Source of the DNA: an uncultured Gammaproteobacteria bacterium
GTDB taxonomy: Bacteria > Patescibacteriota > Patescibacteriia > Magasanikbacterales > UBA922
Direction of reading: 5' to 3'
Length of the DNA: 64,000 nt
Assembly (NCBI GenBank): GCA_964522435.1
Contig: CAZFUL010000001.1
Coordinates: 117,075 to 181,074 of the forward strand
The translations under genes were made by a program, and so were the position numbers. Shown in pieces: positions 41,335 to 49,930 of this stretch. The notes beneath the pieces were generated by a model, which was given only the letters and a program-made list of their open reading frames with translations, was not told the origin of the DNA and did no database searches. Each line of letters starts with the position of its first letter. Within the stretch, counting starts at the first letter, position 1.

Positions 41335-41928
41335 TTATCTTCTGTTTTCAAATGCGCTTTGTAAGGTAATATCATCGGCGTACTGCACGTCAGAGCCCAT
41401 CGGCAGTCCACGGGCAAGGCGAGTTACCTTTATCTGGGGTGAACCCTGTTTTATTTTTCCACTAATATATATCATCGTGCTTTCTCCTTGCATGTCAGGA
41501 TTTAAGGCAAGGATAACTTCTCTTATTGTTTCTTTTTGTAAACGATCAAACAATTCAGGCAGTTTTAATTGCGCTTGTTGTTGTTCATCTGTGGTATCAA
41601 TGGTACCGCGTAATATATGGTAGAGACCTCTATAGGCCTTTGTTTTTTCAATAGCTTCTCGATCTTGGGGAGTAGCAACGACGCAGAGTATATCTTGCCC
41701 TCTGGTTTGATCACGGCATACCTCGCAAGGGGAGCTGTCTGAAAAGGTATAACAGCGTTCACAACTTTTAATCGTGTCCATGACTTGCTTTAAAGCAACT
41801 AACAGTTCTCCTACATCTTTTTTCCCTCTATGAAGGAGTGAAAAAACAAAACGCTCTGCTGTACGAGGACCAACTCCAGGCAGGCGTTTGAGTGCTTGGA
41901 TGAGTTGTCGGATTGGTTGAGCGTACAT
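41335..41928 (-). CDS. recR: Recombination protein RecR
   Basis: LIQALKRLPGVGPRTAERF HhH, a C4 zinc finger (CERC...CEVC) and a Toprim. ATG at 41928 is preferred over the GTG at 42003. Confidence 0.85.
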   Translation of the reverse strand: MYAQPIRQLIQALKRLPGVGPRTAERFVFSLLHRGKKDVGELLVALKQVMDTIKSCERCYTFSDSSPCEVCRDQTRGQDILCVVATPQDREAIEKTKAYRGLYHILRGTIDTTDEQQQAQLKLPELFDRLQKETIREVILALNPDMQGESTMIYISGKIKQGSPQIKVTRLARGLPMGSDVQYADDITLQSAFENRR

Positions 41929-41971
41929 ACAGAGCGTGAAAGGGCGGAGAGATTGTAGGACTGATTCCGGG

Positions 41972-42274
41972 TTATGATAATCCTGGAATGTTTGGAAGGC
42001 CACCCATTTCTTTGAGTTTCATTGCCATGACCCGTTGCATTTTTTTACTTGCGTCTTCATGAGCGCTTTTAATTGCTTCTTGGAGTTGTTCTTTTTTATT
42101 TGGGCTGAGCATCTCATCATCAATTGCTAAACCTACCATAGCCATGTTTCCGTCCATGGTCATAACCACTTTATCACCGGCAGCTTTTACAGTAATTGTT
42201 TCTCCTGCCAATTTTTCTTGAAGTTCTTTCGCTTGTTTACGAATGTCTTGAAATTGTTTTAGTTTGTTAAACAT
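41972..42274 (-). CDS. ybaB: Nucleoid-associated protein YbaB/EbfC
   Basis: About 100 aa with characteristic MxxLxxxAxxLQxxL...GGLP pattern. Lies upstream of recR. Confidence 0.85.
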   Translation of the reverse strand: MFNKLKQFQDIRKQAKELQEKLAGETITVKAAGDKVVMTMDGNMAMVGLAIDDEMLSPNKKEQLQEAIKSAHEDASKKMQRVMAMKLKEMGGLPNIPGLS

Positions 42275-42355
42275 ATTCAGAATAATAATTAAATGATAGT
42301 TGTGTTTCCATCAGCATACTATAGCGAAAAAGCGTTGCTCTTTCAAGAGGGGGCG

Positions 42356-43798
42356 CTATGGCAACGGCCCACCACTGTACATACCCGGACTACTTGGTTG
42401 TGTTGGTCCTGGGTCTCCGCTACTTGCACCTATATGCATATCAACGTTTTTAAAGCTGGTGCGGGCACCATCAAAAAATAATTTCACCATGCCCGTTGGC
42501 CCGTTACGGTGCTTCGCAATATGCACCTCGGCAATATGGCGTTCGTCGGGGGGGATATCTTCTAGTTGATAATTTCGATCAACGGCTTTTCTATATAAAA
42601 ATAGTACCACATCCGCATCTTGCTCAATACTTCCAGAATCGCGTAAATGAGATAGTTTTGGGATTGCTGGTTTTGTTTGTTCTACTGCACGTGAGAGCTG
42701 CGAAAGCGCAATAACAGGAATATTGAGTTCGCGGGCAATTCCTTTTAAATGTCGACTCATCTCCGCGACTTCTTGCACCCGATTTTCTGTTTGTTTGGTG
42801 CTATGTGGGGTCATGAGCTGTAAATAATCAATAATAATCATGCCTAAGCCATGTTCTGCTTGTAAGCGTCGTGCTTTTGCACGAATTTGCATCACCGTGT
42901 TTCCGGGATGATCATCAATATAAATTGGTGCATCAGAGAGTACTCCCATCGCGCGCCCAATACGGGGAAAATCATCACTATCAGGATGATCAGATAAGTT
43001 TCCTGTGCGCATTTTCCATAAATCAACACCTGCTTCTGCACAAAGCATTTTATCTACCAATTGTTCTTTGCTCATTTCAAGCGAAAAAACGCCTACTGGG
43101 ACATTTCCTTTAATCGCTGCGTTACGCGCAATATCCAAACAAAATGATGTTTTTCCTACAGAAGGACGTGCTGCCAAAATAATTAAGTCAGAGTTTTGAA
43201 ATCCCGCAAGGACATTATCTAAATCACGAAAGCCACTTGGCACGCCACGCAATTTTCCCTTATCACGATGCAGTTCATCAATACGCTCAAACGCGCTATG
43301 CAGGACGGATTGAATGGAACTAAAATTACTTTGTAAATGTTTTTGGGTAATGGAGTACAGTTGTTGTTGTGCTTGATCTAATATATCTTCAACCACTTCG
43401 GCATCTTCTTTATAGCCTAATTCGGTAATGCGTTCTGCTGCAGCCAACAGTTTTCGATGGATAGATTTTTTTGAAACAATTTTTGCATATTCTTCGATAT
43501 GCGTGGCTGTGGGAACAACATTTGATAAACGAACCACATAGCTATGACCACCGGCTTGATCTAATAAATTTTTTTCTTTTAAGCGGTTGCTTAGGGTTAA
43601 GACATCAATCGGTTCATTGCGCCCATATAAATCAAGCATGGTCGCATAAATATCTTTATGACTATGTTGATAAAAATCTTCTGGACTCATTGAGTCTACA
43701 ATTTTTATCATGGACTCTTTATCCAGCAAAATAGAGCCTAACAAGGACATTTCTGCATCGATATTTTGAGGAGGAATTTTACCAAGAATGTTGTTCAT
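42356..43798 (-). CDS. dnaB: Replicative DNA helicase DnaB
   Basis: N-terminal PPQNIDAEMSLLGSILLD, Walker A ARPSVGKTSF and RecA-like C-terminal domain. 480 aa with no intein. Confidence 0.9.
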   Translation of the reverse strand: MNNILGKIPPQNIDAEMSLLGSILLDKESMIKIVDSMSPEDFYQHSHKDIYATMLDLYGRNEPIDVLTLSNRLKEKNLLDQAGGHSYVVRLSNVVPTATHIEEYAKIVSKKSIHRKLLAAAERITELGYKEDAEVVEDILDQAQQQLYSITQKHLQSNFSSIQSVLHSAFERIDELHRDKGKLRGVPSGFRDLDNVLAGFQNSDLIILAARPSVGKTSFCLDIARNAAIKGNVPVGVFSLEMSKEQLVDKMLCAEAGVDLWKMRTGNLSDHPDSDDFPRIGRAMGVLSDAPIYIDDHPGNTVMQIRAKARRLQAEHGLGMIIIDYLQLMTPHSTKQTENRVQEVAEMSRHLKGIARELNIPVIALSQLSRAVEQTKPAIPKLSHLRDSGSIEQDADVVLFLYRKAVDRNYQLEDIPPDERHIAEVHIAKHRNGPTGMVKLFFDGARTSFKNVDMHIGASSGDPGPTQPSSPGMYSGGPLP

Positions 43799-44032
43799 AT
43801 CGATGGAGAGGATGCTAAATAGTAGAGCTATGATATCCTAGAGCCGATTCTTTTTCAACAGGTCTTTGGTTAAACTCTGTTAAGAAGAGTGTGCAAAAGC
43901 TGTGGATTAATAGGTAATTATCACTTCTCAGCATACAAGCACGAAAGCAACTCGCTTCGGGTGCCAAGATGCACCCTGCGCTGCGACTGCTTTCTTTGCT
44001 TATATGCTGTAGAAGGATATTCGTGATACCGA

Positions 44033-44061
44033 TTGAAAAAAATACCGAACTCTTCTATACT
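44033..44061 (+). promoter_or_regulatory. Sigma70-like promoter TTGAAA-17-TATACT; the GT4 ATG is only 8 nt after the -10 (near-leaderless)
   Basis: Seen in sequence. Confidence 0.5.
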
Positions 44062-44069
44062 CGCTGCAT

Positions 44070-45305
44070 ATGATACCCAATACAGAAGCGTCATCAGATA
44101 CACAAACACAGCCACTGAGCGTGTGCGTTATTAATAATATCTATCCACCCTTTCATCGTGGGGGAGCCGAACAGGTGGTGGTAAAAACCGTCGAAGGGCT
44201 TATTGCTGCCGGCCATCGAGTTATCCTTATCACGAGCACCCCAGAGGAGGAACATGTTGAAACACAGGGGAGACTTACGATCTATCGTATTCATCCAAAA
44301 AATGTGTATTTTTATACACAAGCAGAGCACTATCATCCACTCGTTCGGTTGCTTTGGCATGTGGTGAATGTGTTTCACCTATCGGTTGCGTCAACAATAC
44401 AAGGTATTTTACAAAAAGAACAACCCACTATTGTGCATACGCATAATTTAATGGGACTGAGTTTTTTTATTCCTCGCATGATTCGCCGCTTGGGGATAGC
44501 CCATGTGCATACGGTGCACGACGTGCAGTTGGTAGAACCCAGTGGGATTATTTTAAAAGAAAAAGAACATACCTGGCGCTACACCGGATGGCATAGTCGT
44601 ATATACACCGCCCTTGTTCGCGGATTATTTGGATCTCCGCATGTGGTTATTTCTCCATCAAAATTTTTATTAAAGTTGTATCAAGAACGAGGATTTTTTT
44701 CGCACTCTCGTACGGTTTTGGTACGCAATCCACTCACGTTTCAATCTGTGTTGCCCCCACAAAGCCGCTCACATACAAAAGAAGTGAAGTATATTTATGT
44801 GGGGCAAATAGAATCGCATAAAGGAATTACCTTGTTAATTGACGCGTTTATGCGTATCAATAATCCGCATATTCGTTTACATGTGGTAGGAAATGGATCA
44901 CTCCTTGCGGAGATTAAAAAACAGAGTGCGCCAGATTCTCGTATTACGGTCTATGGTCGATTAGAACGAGAGTCATTAGCTGCCTTATTTATGCGTATGG
45001 ATATGACGATTGTTCCCTCACTCTGCTATGAAAATTCTCCAACCGTTATTTTTGAAAGTTTTTCTTTTGGCATTCCTGTGTTAGCAAGTAATGTAGAAGG
45101 AATCGCCGAGTTAATTGAAGAAGGAAACAATGGCATGACCTTTCAGCCAGGAAACAGTGCCTCGCTCGAAGAAAAAATGCTGTGGTCTATTGAACACCGG
45201 TCAGAGATTGCTGCTATGGGAAAAAACACGCAACGGTTTTTACGCGAGATTACCAAAGAAGAATATCTTACGGAACTGTTGGCGCTGTATCGCGGCTGTA
45301 TATAA
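44070..45305 (+). CDS. Glycosyltransferase, GT4 family
   Basis: N-terminal PPFHRGGAEQVV and C-terminal GT1/4 E-x7-E region. Confidence 0.8.
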   Translation: MIPNTEASSDTQTQPLSVCVINNIYPPFHRGGAEQVVVKTVEGLIAAGHRVILITSTPEEEHVETQGRLTIYRIHPKNVYFYTQAEHYHPLVRLLWHVVNVFHLSVASTIQGILQKEQPTIVHTHNLMGLSFFIPRMIRRLGIAHVHTVHDVQLVEPSGIILKEKEHTWRYTGWHSRIYTALVRGLFGSPHVVISPSKFLLKLYQERGFFSHSRTVLVRNPLTFQSVLPPQSRSHTKEVKYIYVGQIESHKGITLLIDAFMRINNPHIRLHVVGNGSLLAEIKKQSAPDSRITVYGRLERESLAALFMRMDMTIVPSLCYENSPTVIFESFSFGIPVLASNVEGIAELIEEGNNGMTFQPGNSASLEEKMLWSIEHRSEIAAMGKNTQRFLREITKEEYLTELLALYRGCI

Positions 45306-47379
45306 AAATGTGTATGTGATCATTGTTGAGCGATACCCATTCATCCGCACTTTCTTTTGCCTTCGCAACAATAGTTGTATAGTTATCCCAAAAACTACTC
45401 ATCACAAAATAGCCGGTATCTGCGCCAGTAAGTGCAAGCGCGTCTTGCATATCAGAACGTTGTTGTCCTTCATACACGAGTTTATTGTAGTAGCCGTATA
45501 ACGGGCCCCCAGTTGGAATAGCATAATAAAACAGTTCGCCTTGTTCGGTCATAAAATGTTTGGCAAAGCTATATTTACTGAGCGCGGCAATACTCGTGAG
45601 TGAGTTTGCCAAGACAATATAATTATCATCAGTGCCTTGCTTGTTATGAATCCATTCAACTGCGGTGATGTCGTTATTGGTTACATTATAGCCAGGGAAA
45701 AACACTTTGGGATTTCGTTGGGGGTAAGAAAAATATAAAGAGACTGTTAATACTACCCCAATCCCTATAGCAGCTGCAACACGAATAAACAGCTGTTTGG
45801 TAAGCCCTGCAAAGCGTGTCTGGATCTGTTTTATTATCACAAATATACCGACACAACTGAGGGGCAGTAAAAATAACACGCTTGCCCACAAGAGCCGAAG
45901 GGGATAGTTATCTTGTTCTGCTGCAGCAACATTAGGGAAAAATAACCAGGTACGTAAAAACCAGGCAGCAATTACAAAAGTCACAAAGCCTATCCAAAAA
46001 AAGAGCGGAGAAGTTTTTATTTTTTTGCTATAACTGCCTACTATCGCCAAAAGAATAATAAAAAGAGGAATAACCCGTTGATATTGATACAGCATATCAA
46101 ACAGAGGAGTACTTGTTTGTGCATACCAATAGGGTCTATCAAATAGTGATAAAAAGAGATCAGTTTTCGTAAAGGGATTGATGAGTGCTGGGAATCCAAA
46201 GCCACCTAAATAATTATTGAAAGAAAACATGGCGCTTGGCAAAAGAGAGACGATACCACCATACAGCGCAATAAGTACGGCCGTAGGAAGTTTTTTTGTC
46301 TGATAAAGATACCAGGTGATAGAAAATAATAGGAGCGGGAGTCCTAACAAGGGGTGCATGACGAGCGCAACAACAGAGAGCGCAAGAGGAATGGCAATAG
46401 GCAGTCGTTGTTGTGCATAGGCAAACAGAGAACATATGGTGAGGACACACAACAGCAACACCAGATTATGTGGCGTGGTGAGGTTTAAGGTAATAAAATA
46501 CAAAAAGGGAACACTGTAGCTGCATACCGCTGCGAGCCAGTCTGGCAGCGTCTGTTTAAGTGCATACATGATCGTTCTGGGGAGCAATAAACACGAGGCA
46601 ATAGGCACGAGCCAGGTATCCAGAATAAATACCGGCAGTTGGGTGAGGAGCGCAAAAAACGCAATTAGACTATATTGTCCAATATAGTAGGGTGTTTTTG
46701 GTTCAATAACACCATGCTGTACGATCCATTCTTCTGTGGCGCGGTGAATAAATCCATCAAAGCCAAATCCATACACATACAGAATTGCAGCAATGCTATA
46801 CCAGATAAACAGGTACAGACTAATAATGCTGCTTTGTTGTAAGGCGTTTTTTGCATAATACGAAGACAGCATACTTGCGGCAATGCCAAGGGCAAAGAGC
46901 ATAAAAAACCACGCCTCCAGTGTTTGCCAGGGAGAAACAAGGAGCCCGGTGGTACGATTCATAATGAGGGTACTCATGAGTATCACGGCAATGAGAACCG
47001 AGAGGCTCGTTGAGAGAATATATTGTGTAGAGAATGAGTTGCGTGAGACAGGGAGGTGAGAAAGGGGAGCAGGTTTTTTGGGATAGAAATAGATACTCAA
47101 TAGTAATAGCATGATGATACTCACACTGTGCGTGGTGATCCCAACCACATAGTAGCTAAGGGTGCTGAGAATAATAAGAATACTCCCGGCACAAAGGATA
47201 CCCCAATAGTGGCGGAATTCTGTGATCGTATGGGGCAATAGTGTTCCAATATGTTTTCCAAGCAACACAAAAAATATAGCTAGCAGGGGAATGCCGACGA
47301 GGGGTATTTGGAACCACCATAAATTTATGAGGAGGCCGAGTGTTGTCGCGATACTAATAAACAGGTGTTTTGTATTCAT
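45268..47379 (-). CDS. Large polytopic membrane protein (about 700 aa, 15+ TM), possible glycosyl/ligase-type transferase partner of the GT4
   Basis: Continuous hydrophobic profile with a C-terminal soluble domain. Exact start not resolved. Confidence 0.55.
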   Translation of the reverse strand: MNTKHLFISIATTLGLLINLWWFQIPLVGIPLLAIFFVLLGKHIGTLLPHTITEFRHYWGILCAGSILIILSTLSYYVVGITTHSVSIIMLLLLSIYFYPKKPAPLSHLPVSRNSFSTQYILSTSLSVLIAVILMSTLIMNRTTGLLVSPWQTLEAWFFMLFALGIAASMLSSYYAKNALQQSSIISLYLFIWYSIAAILYVYGFGFDGFIHRATEEWIVQHGVIEPKTPYYIGQYSLIAFFALLTQLPVFILDTWLVPIASCLLLPRTIMYALKQTLPDWLAAVCSYSVPFLYFITLNLTTPHNLVLLLCVLTICSLFAYAQQRLPIAIPLALSVVALVMHPLLGLPLLLFSITWYLYQTKKLPTAVLIALYGGIVSLLPSAMFSFNNYLGGFGFPALINPFTKTDLFLSLFDRPYWYAQTSTPLFDMLYQYQRVIPLFIILLAIVGSYSKKIKTSPLFFWIGFVTFVIAAWFLRTWLFFPNVAAAEQDNYPLRLLWASVLFLLPLSCVGIFVIIKQIQTRFAGLTKQLFIRVAAAIGIGVVLTVSLYFSYPQRNPKVFFPGYNVTNNDITAVEWIHNKQGTDDNYIVLANSLTSIAALSKYSFAKHFMTEQGELFYYAIPTGGPLYGYYNKLVYEGQQRSDMQDALALTGADTGYFVMSSFWDNYTTIVAKAKESADEWVSLNNDHIHIFIYSRDTAPTVP

Positions 47380-47511
47380 AGATCGTATTTTAGCGAAGAT
47401 TTATGGTTATATCAACTGAGAGAATAGATAAAACAGAGTTAGCTATACACAGTTGAAGCAATAATTATAATACGGTATACTGATAAAATATCATTTATTT
47501 ATGTACTCGTT

Positions 47512-47865
47512 ATGCAAGATATTCAAGCTATTTTTCATCGCATTGAAGAGAATAAAGCAAAAATGAAAGATTTAAAAAATGTTCTCAAAGATGCGCTTTC
47601 TAATAATCAATCGTATGTTGAAGCGAGTGATGTCGCAAAAAATGCCACAGAAAAAAAGAAAAGTATTAAAAAAGAAATTGAAAGTGGTATCAGCGATGTC
47701 ATGATGAAATTACAAGATTTAAAAATTGATATGGATTCTGATTTGGAATTATTGAGTGATGCCGCTATGACCATGATTACCCAAGGACAAAGTGTGTCAC
47801 TGTCAGATAAATACGAAAATGAATATGAGCCCGTGTTTAAAGTGAATTTTAAAAAAATAACTTAG
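47512..47865 (+). CDS. Hypothetical coiled-coil protein
   Basis: ATG ORF, charged and alpha-helical in composition. Confidence 0.45.
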   Translation: MQDIQAIFHRIEENKAKMKDLKNVLKDALSNNQSYVEASDVAKNATEKKKSIKKEIESGISDVMMKLQDLKIDMDSDLELLSDAAMTMITQGQSVSLSDKYENEYEPVFKVNFKKIT

Positions 47866-47942
47866 GTTTTCTGAAGGTGCTCATTTTTATTGCGTAACTA
47901 CGTTCATTCAGCTAACTAAGAAGATTCTTTAATGAAATATAT

Positions 47943-48173
47943 ATGTCAGTAACTGTTTACTCCACTCCATCTTGTCCTTTTTGCCACAAAGCAAAAGACT
48001 ATTTAACAGAAAAAGGAATTGCGTTTGAAGATGTGAATGTTGCCGAAGACGAAGTTCGTGCGCATGAAATGATTGAAAAATCCGGGCAAATGGGTGTCCC
48101 TGTGTTGGACATCAACGGCAAGATTATTGTTGGCTACGATGTGCCAAAAATTGATGCGGCACTTTCTGCATAA
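47943..48173 (+). CDS. Glutaredoxin-like protein (NrdH/Grx, CPFC active site)
   Basis: VYSTPSCPFCHKAK...GVPVL fold motifs. 76 aa. Confidence 0.8.
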   Translation: MSVTVYSTPSCPFCHKAKDYLTEKGIAFEDVNVAEDEVRAHEMIEKSGQMGVPVLDINGKIIVGYDVPKIDAALSA

Positions 48174-48255
48174 CAACTATTTATTTATCTAAAGAAAAAA
48201 TCCACTGTAACAGGTGGTTTTTTTATACCTACCCTGTGATATACTTATTAAACAT

Positions 48256-48876
48256 ATGAAATATATTCCCTCCACTATTATTTTTATTTTTTTATGTTGC
48301 CTTCCCAGTAGTACATTGGCGCATCCAGGTAGAACAGATGGATCAGGTTGTCATACTTGTCGTACAAATTGTAGCGATTGGGGTTTAGATACAGGTGAGT
48401 ATCATTGTCACAATGCAAAAGCGCTTCCTCAACCAGAGGAGCCGGTTACGAGTCATTACGGAGAACAGGGAACAGGCTATACCACTCCTGTGGCGGAACA
48501 TACCCCCGTAGCAGAAGTGGTTGTACCTTCTGTTAATCCTGTTGTAAAAGAATTAGAAAGAGAGCCTGTGAGTACTATCGAGCGTCAAGAAGTGTCAAAA
48601 GATCCTATTGTTTCGGTATCACCAACAAAGAAGGTAACAGATGAAATAAAAGAAGAATTGCTTGTTCCACTCCCTGCTGTTGAAAAAAAACAGATTCCGA
48701 AACAACCACAAAATGAAGGAGCTATTCCTCCAACTTCTTCTGTAAATATTATTTCTGACCTGAGCAGACCCCACAGACAAGAAGAAAAAAAACTTGAGAC
48801 AACTGTACCCGTAAAAAAAGAAAAAGCACCTCGTTGGGTATTGCGTTTTTTGAAGTTTATTATTACCCGAACGTAG
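48256..48876 (+). CDS. Secreted YHYH-motif protein
   Basis: Signal peptide, then GEYHCHN (YHYH family) and a Cys-rich N-terminal region. Start at ATG 48256. Confidence 0.55.
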   Translation: MKYIPSTIIFIFLCCLPSSTLAHPGRTDGSGCHTCRTNCSDWGLDTGEYHCHNAKALPQPEEPVTSHYGEQGTGYTTPVAEHTPVAEVVVPSVNPVVKELEREPVSTIERQEVSKDPIVSVSPTKKVTDEIKEELLVPLPAVEKKQIPKQPQNEGAIPPTSSVNIISDLSRPHRQEEKKLETTVPVKKEKAPRWVLRFLKFIITRT

Positions 48877-48895
48877 TAAAAAATATAAAGAAATA

Positions 48896-48925
48896 AAAAT
48901 TCCACATGCTGTGGAATTTTTTATA
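48896..48925 (+). terminator. Rho-independent terminator (attccaca-tgct-gtggaat + T-run)
   Basis: Seen in sequence. Confidence 0.6.
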
Positions 48926-49070
48926 TTGTGAACCTAAGAATAATTGATTGGAATTATAGTCTATGAAGAATTGAAGCAATGGAAAAAACTAAGAGAATCT
49001 TATTGACATAATTATCATTTTATGATATTGATCTCTGATCAATCAAATTTCTACCAGAGGAGGTACTCCT

Positions 49071-49463
49071 GTGCTGAATAAAATCCTGCTCATTGAAGAC
49101 GACATCGAGACAGGGATCTTGATCCGGGGGGGGCTGCAGGGCGTAGAGGATGAAAACTGGGAACCCCTGTATGACGTGTTCTACGCAACCAACCTGAACG
49201 ATGCACGGTTGCGGCTCGACAAAGGGGACATCGACCTCTTGATATCCGACACCTGCGTCGATAGCAAGAACCGGCCTGATGCCCACGTGCTGATCGAGGA
49301 GGTACGGCAACGCTACCCCAATATGCCGATTCTCGGAATGTCTAGTTCTGACTTCTACCGAGATATCATGTTGGAGGCGGGATGCAACCGCTTCTACACC
49401 AAATCACCCCGTGACCTGCAGTTCGCAGGGCTGCTGGAATTAGTGCAGGAGCTTCTGCCTTGA
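49071..49463 (+). CDS. Stand-alone CheY-like receiver domain protein, GTG start, in GC-rich islet F
   Basis: gaggagg lies 7 nt before the GTG. ILLIEDD, phospho-acceptor D in DLLISD, and T/K positions are conserved. GC is about 55% against AT-rich flanks. Confidence 0.6.
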   Translation: MLNKILLIEDDIETGILIRGGLQGVEDENWEPLYDVFYATNLNDARLRLDKGDIDLLISDTCVDSKNRPDAHVLIEEVRQRYPNMPILGMSSSDFYRDIMLEAGCNRFYTKSPRDLQFAGLLELVQELLP

Positions 49464-49564
49464 CGTAGCGACCCTCCATTTGTGAAGACTCAAAGGCAAG
49501 CGCGAGTATAAACGCTTCCAATCCCCATCCTAAAATTATTTTGAAAAAAAGTAGTTTGAGGATA

Positions 49565-49598
49565 AAAAATCACCGTTAAAACGGTGGTTTTTTATTTC
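49565..49598 (+). terminator. Bidirectional rho-independent terminator (caccgtt-aaaa-cggtg flanked by A- and T-runs)
   Basis: Seen in sequence. Confidence 0.6.
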
Positions 49599-49632
49599 TG
49601 TGACCCCGGTGGGGAATCTCACTGCTCGTGAC
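49599..49632 (-). pseudogene. Degenerate partial copy of the tRNA-Lys 3' end (variable loop, T-arm, acceptor 3' strand)
   Basis: tgtgaccccggtggggaatctcactgctcgtgacca versus the intact gtgaccccggtggggatcgaacccacgacca. About 30 nt of homology with a 7-nt insertion and substitutions. Confidence 0.45.
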
Positions 49633-49787
49633 CAGCTAAAGCGCTGGTCACTGCGCTTTGAGAAACCTTCGGGTTTCTCAATACTCATCCTCCGCAAGTA
49701 AGGGGGCGCTGCCCCCTTACCATCCCCCAATTCGATCCCCCTCGACCCAAAAATAAAACCCCCACATAAGTGGAGGTTTTATTTTAG

Positions 49788-49860
49788 TGACCCCGGTGGG
49801 GATCGAACCCACGACCATTGGCTTAAAAGGCCACTGCTCTACCGGCTGAGCTACAGGGTC
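49788..49860 (-). tRNA. tRNA-Lys (anticodon UUU); CCA not encoded
   Basis: Manual cloverleaf: acceptor GACCCTG/CGGGGTC, D-arm GCTC-AGCCGGTA-GAGC, anticodon loop CTTTTAA, T-arm GTGGG-TTCGATC-CCCAC. Confidence 0.85.
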
Positions 49861-49930
49861 ATTATTTTATAGAGAAATAATCGTTGACTATGATATACTA
49901 TAGCCTGAAAAAAGTCAATAATATTTTTCT

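Noticed and set aside
41175-41623. Plus-strand ORFs (64 and 104 aa) in islet E and antisense to recR
   Set aside because: Alternative-start ORFs without RBS. The second is antisense to recR. The region was treated as non-coding.
41929-42003. GTG start for recR (ORF track)
   Set aside because: It would add 25 non-conserved residues and overlap ybaB. ATG at 41928 gives the canonical RecR HhH N-terminus.
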